Shown: one piece after another, positions 62,155 through 64,000 of the stretch
Layout: each line of letters begins with the position of its first letter
Position numbering within the stretch: position 1 is the first letter of the stretch
From: Takakia lepidozioides
Lineage: Eukaryota > Plantae > Bryophyta
Length of the DNA: 64,000 nt
Assembly: GCA_030704615.1 (NCBI GenBank)
Contig: CM060732.1
Span: forward strand, 60,264,001-60,328,000
Reading direction: 5' to 3'
Translations under genes and position numbers: made by a program
The notes under the pieces: model-generated
What the model saw: the letters and a program-made list of their open reading frames with translations, nothing else
What the model was told of the DNA's origin: nothing
Database searches by the model: none

Positions 62155-64000
62155 GTTGCAAGACGATGGCCTCGGTGCGCAGTACTAGCTGTGTAGCACG
62201 CAGAGAGGGAGAAAGTCTGTCGGTGCAAGTTGATTTGGTTTTTGAGATTGAGACTGACCCTGCTTTGGCAGTAGCGACTGATCTTGCTGTCACTAACCCC
62301 TCTCGACGTGCGCTGCTTGGCATTGTTGCCTCGCCAATGTCACCCCGGCCTGAACCCAACACTGATGGTCCTGGTCTTGTCGTGCATCTGAATTCAGCTA
62401 ACCCTAGATATGATGTTGATGTGAATGAAGCCGAGGTCTGGTCACCAAGAGATGAGAGGTCACCCAACTCTTTAGATAGCTATGATCCCGAGTACTATAA
62501 TTTTGACAATTTCTATGATCCAGGTCCTGATTACGAGTGTCTGAGAGAACGGGAGAAGAGTTTGAGAGGGATATTGAGCGCTCTCAGGAGTATGATGAGT
62601 CTCTAGGAGAGTTGCTTCCGGAGGATGTGCAGTGGTTTGAAAAGTTTGAAGCATCTGTTCACGAGGATGCTCGTCGTCTAAACAGTCATCACGAAGCGAT
62701 TTTCGTGCAACCTGGGTCTAGTTCTGGCTTTGGGAGAGAGAGAGTGCGTTGTGCTAGACCCGAGCCGTCGTGGCCGTCAGAAACTCCCTGTGCTTGCGAC
62801 CAGAAGTATTCAAGGCTCGTCTTCTTCATCATCGGCAGGTAGCCTGGGAAGCGCTCGGGCTCCACCTACCATTATCAGTTTGTCGTGAGTCGGGCCTGTG
62901 GCAGACGACCGAACGGACAGCAGGCTCGTGACTCTCGTTGCTGCTTGAAGGCTCTGGAGCCTTGTTGTTGCGAGCTCTTCGATTTCACTCCCGGGTCTGT
63001 CGTTACAAGCCCACGACGGTGGACTTGGTGGATGGTCTCGTGGGAGGTAGTTTGCATGTGCAGTCGTCCGACATCGTGATTTTTCCAGGCACCTGCTTTG
63101 AAGAACAGCGTGTCCTCTGCCCTTGCGTTGCAGATCACCTGGATAGTTTTCCCAATTCCTCAGTGTTGTCCCGGACGTGGGAGGATAACGGCACGACGCA
63201 GGTGGGCTTATGGATTAAGGACGAGAGAGAGTGGGAGTGGCTGGCGTTGGCAGTATATAGTTCTGATTCCCACGACCTTCTCAAGCTTCTTTCTTGCTCT
63301 GTATGGACTCCCGAAGCTTCACGGGTGCCGAGCCCAAGGCCGTGACTGCTCATCCCGGCGGCTTAGAGGTTCTTTTTTTTCCACAATTGTCTTTGTTTTT
63401 GCATGCCAAACGCATCTGCAAGTTCTTGGTTGCGATCTGGTAGACAGAGGTTCATGTCTGGTTTGCAAGAGCCACTCGGGCCGCCTGGCAGAGGCATGCC
63501 TGATATCAGTGGGGAATCAGACAACCTCCAGGCAGGTAACGCCTTGACTGATGACGTTTCCTTGGACTCTGGTAATTTTGAGGAGGACTTAGAACTATTG
63601 CATGATGATGGTGTCGTGAGGATAGATAAGGAGGGCTCTGCTGTTTTGCCCATAGAATCGGGGGTGGCAAAAACCGCAATTCTTCCTACTCAGATTAGTG
63701 GGGCCATGGAGGTTCAAGGTAGTGAGCCCATGGTGCAATCTGGTCATGGACAAGGTAGAATCGGGTTGGTCTCAGACGCTAGGGCTATTGCGAGCAGTAT
63801 GCCGGCCCAGGTTGCTAACTTGAGTCCTAGTGTGTTGCCTGTTGTGAATTTCCCTAGTCCCACTCTCGGGGGAGAGAACTTGTTGCCTGCAAATTCAGGC
63901 ATGCATGTGGGCAGTTTTCCTGTGTTGAATGTGCATGGTGTTGTTCAAGGTGGGGATATCATGATGTAAGGGCCCTCTAGTGTGTCTACTGCTCCGACTC
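62155..64000 (+). mobile_element. Unclassified degenerate coding region, possibly LTR-retroelement internal sequence ending in a PPT-like tract and a TG LTR start
   Basis: Chain of broken ORFs 62166-63969 with no recognisable domain; CAAGGTGGGGATATCA then TGATGT at about 63946-63967. Confidence 0.3.

Noticed and set aside
37770-64000. Paired LTRs at 37770 and 63962 enclosing the whole complex
   Set aside because: They share only TGATGT and the following bases do not align.

Overview
Eukaryotic nuclear DNA from a land plant. The PLS-PPR repeat style suggests a non-seed lineage (inference). The left half (1-37 kb) holds five intron-containing host genes: a carotenoid-isomerase-like FAD oxidoreductase (its 6.3-kb intron holds a stack of three LINE copies separated by (TC)n tracts), a SWEET sugar transporter, an LRR-II (NIK/SERK-family) receptor kinase with a decayed 25S/28S rRNA fragment in an intron, a PHR1-like MYB-CC factor, and a PLS-PPR gene whose DYW domain is eroding. 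The right half (37.7-64 kb) is a nested transposon complex. A CACTA/EnSpm element (about 38.0 kb to 62,154; right TIR CACTACAAGA) carries a TnpD pseudogene and a divergent TnpA-like gene containing an FCP1/NIF HAD-phosphatase domain. Inserted in it is an 11.7-kb Mutator-like element (47,858-59,560; 9-bp TSD TAGACCATG). The strongest candidate for a novel system is this Mutator-like element. Besides its GCM-type-finger/DDE/SWIM transposase, it carries a spliced prokaryote-type ParB plus beta-class N4C/N6A DNA-methyltransferase-like gene. An intron of that gene contains an array of 22-bp palindromes reminiscent of parS sites. This copy is pseudogenised. All calls come from reading motifs by eye; no database searches were run.
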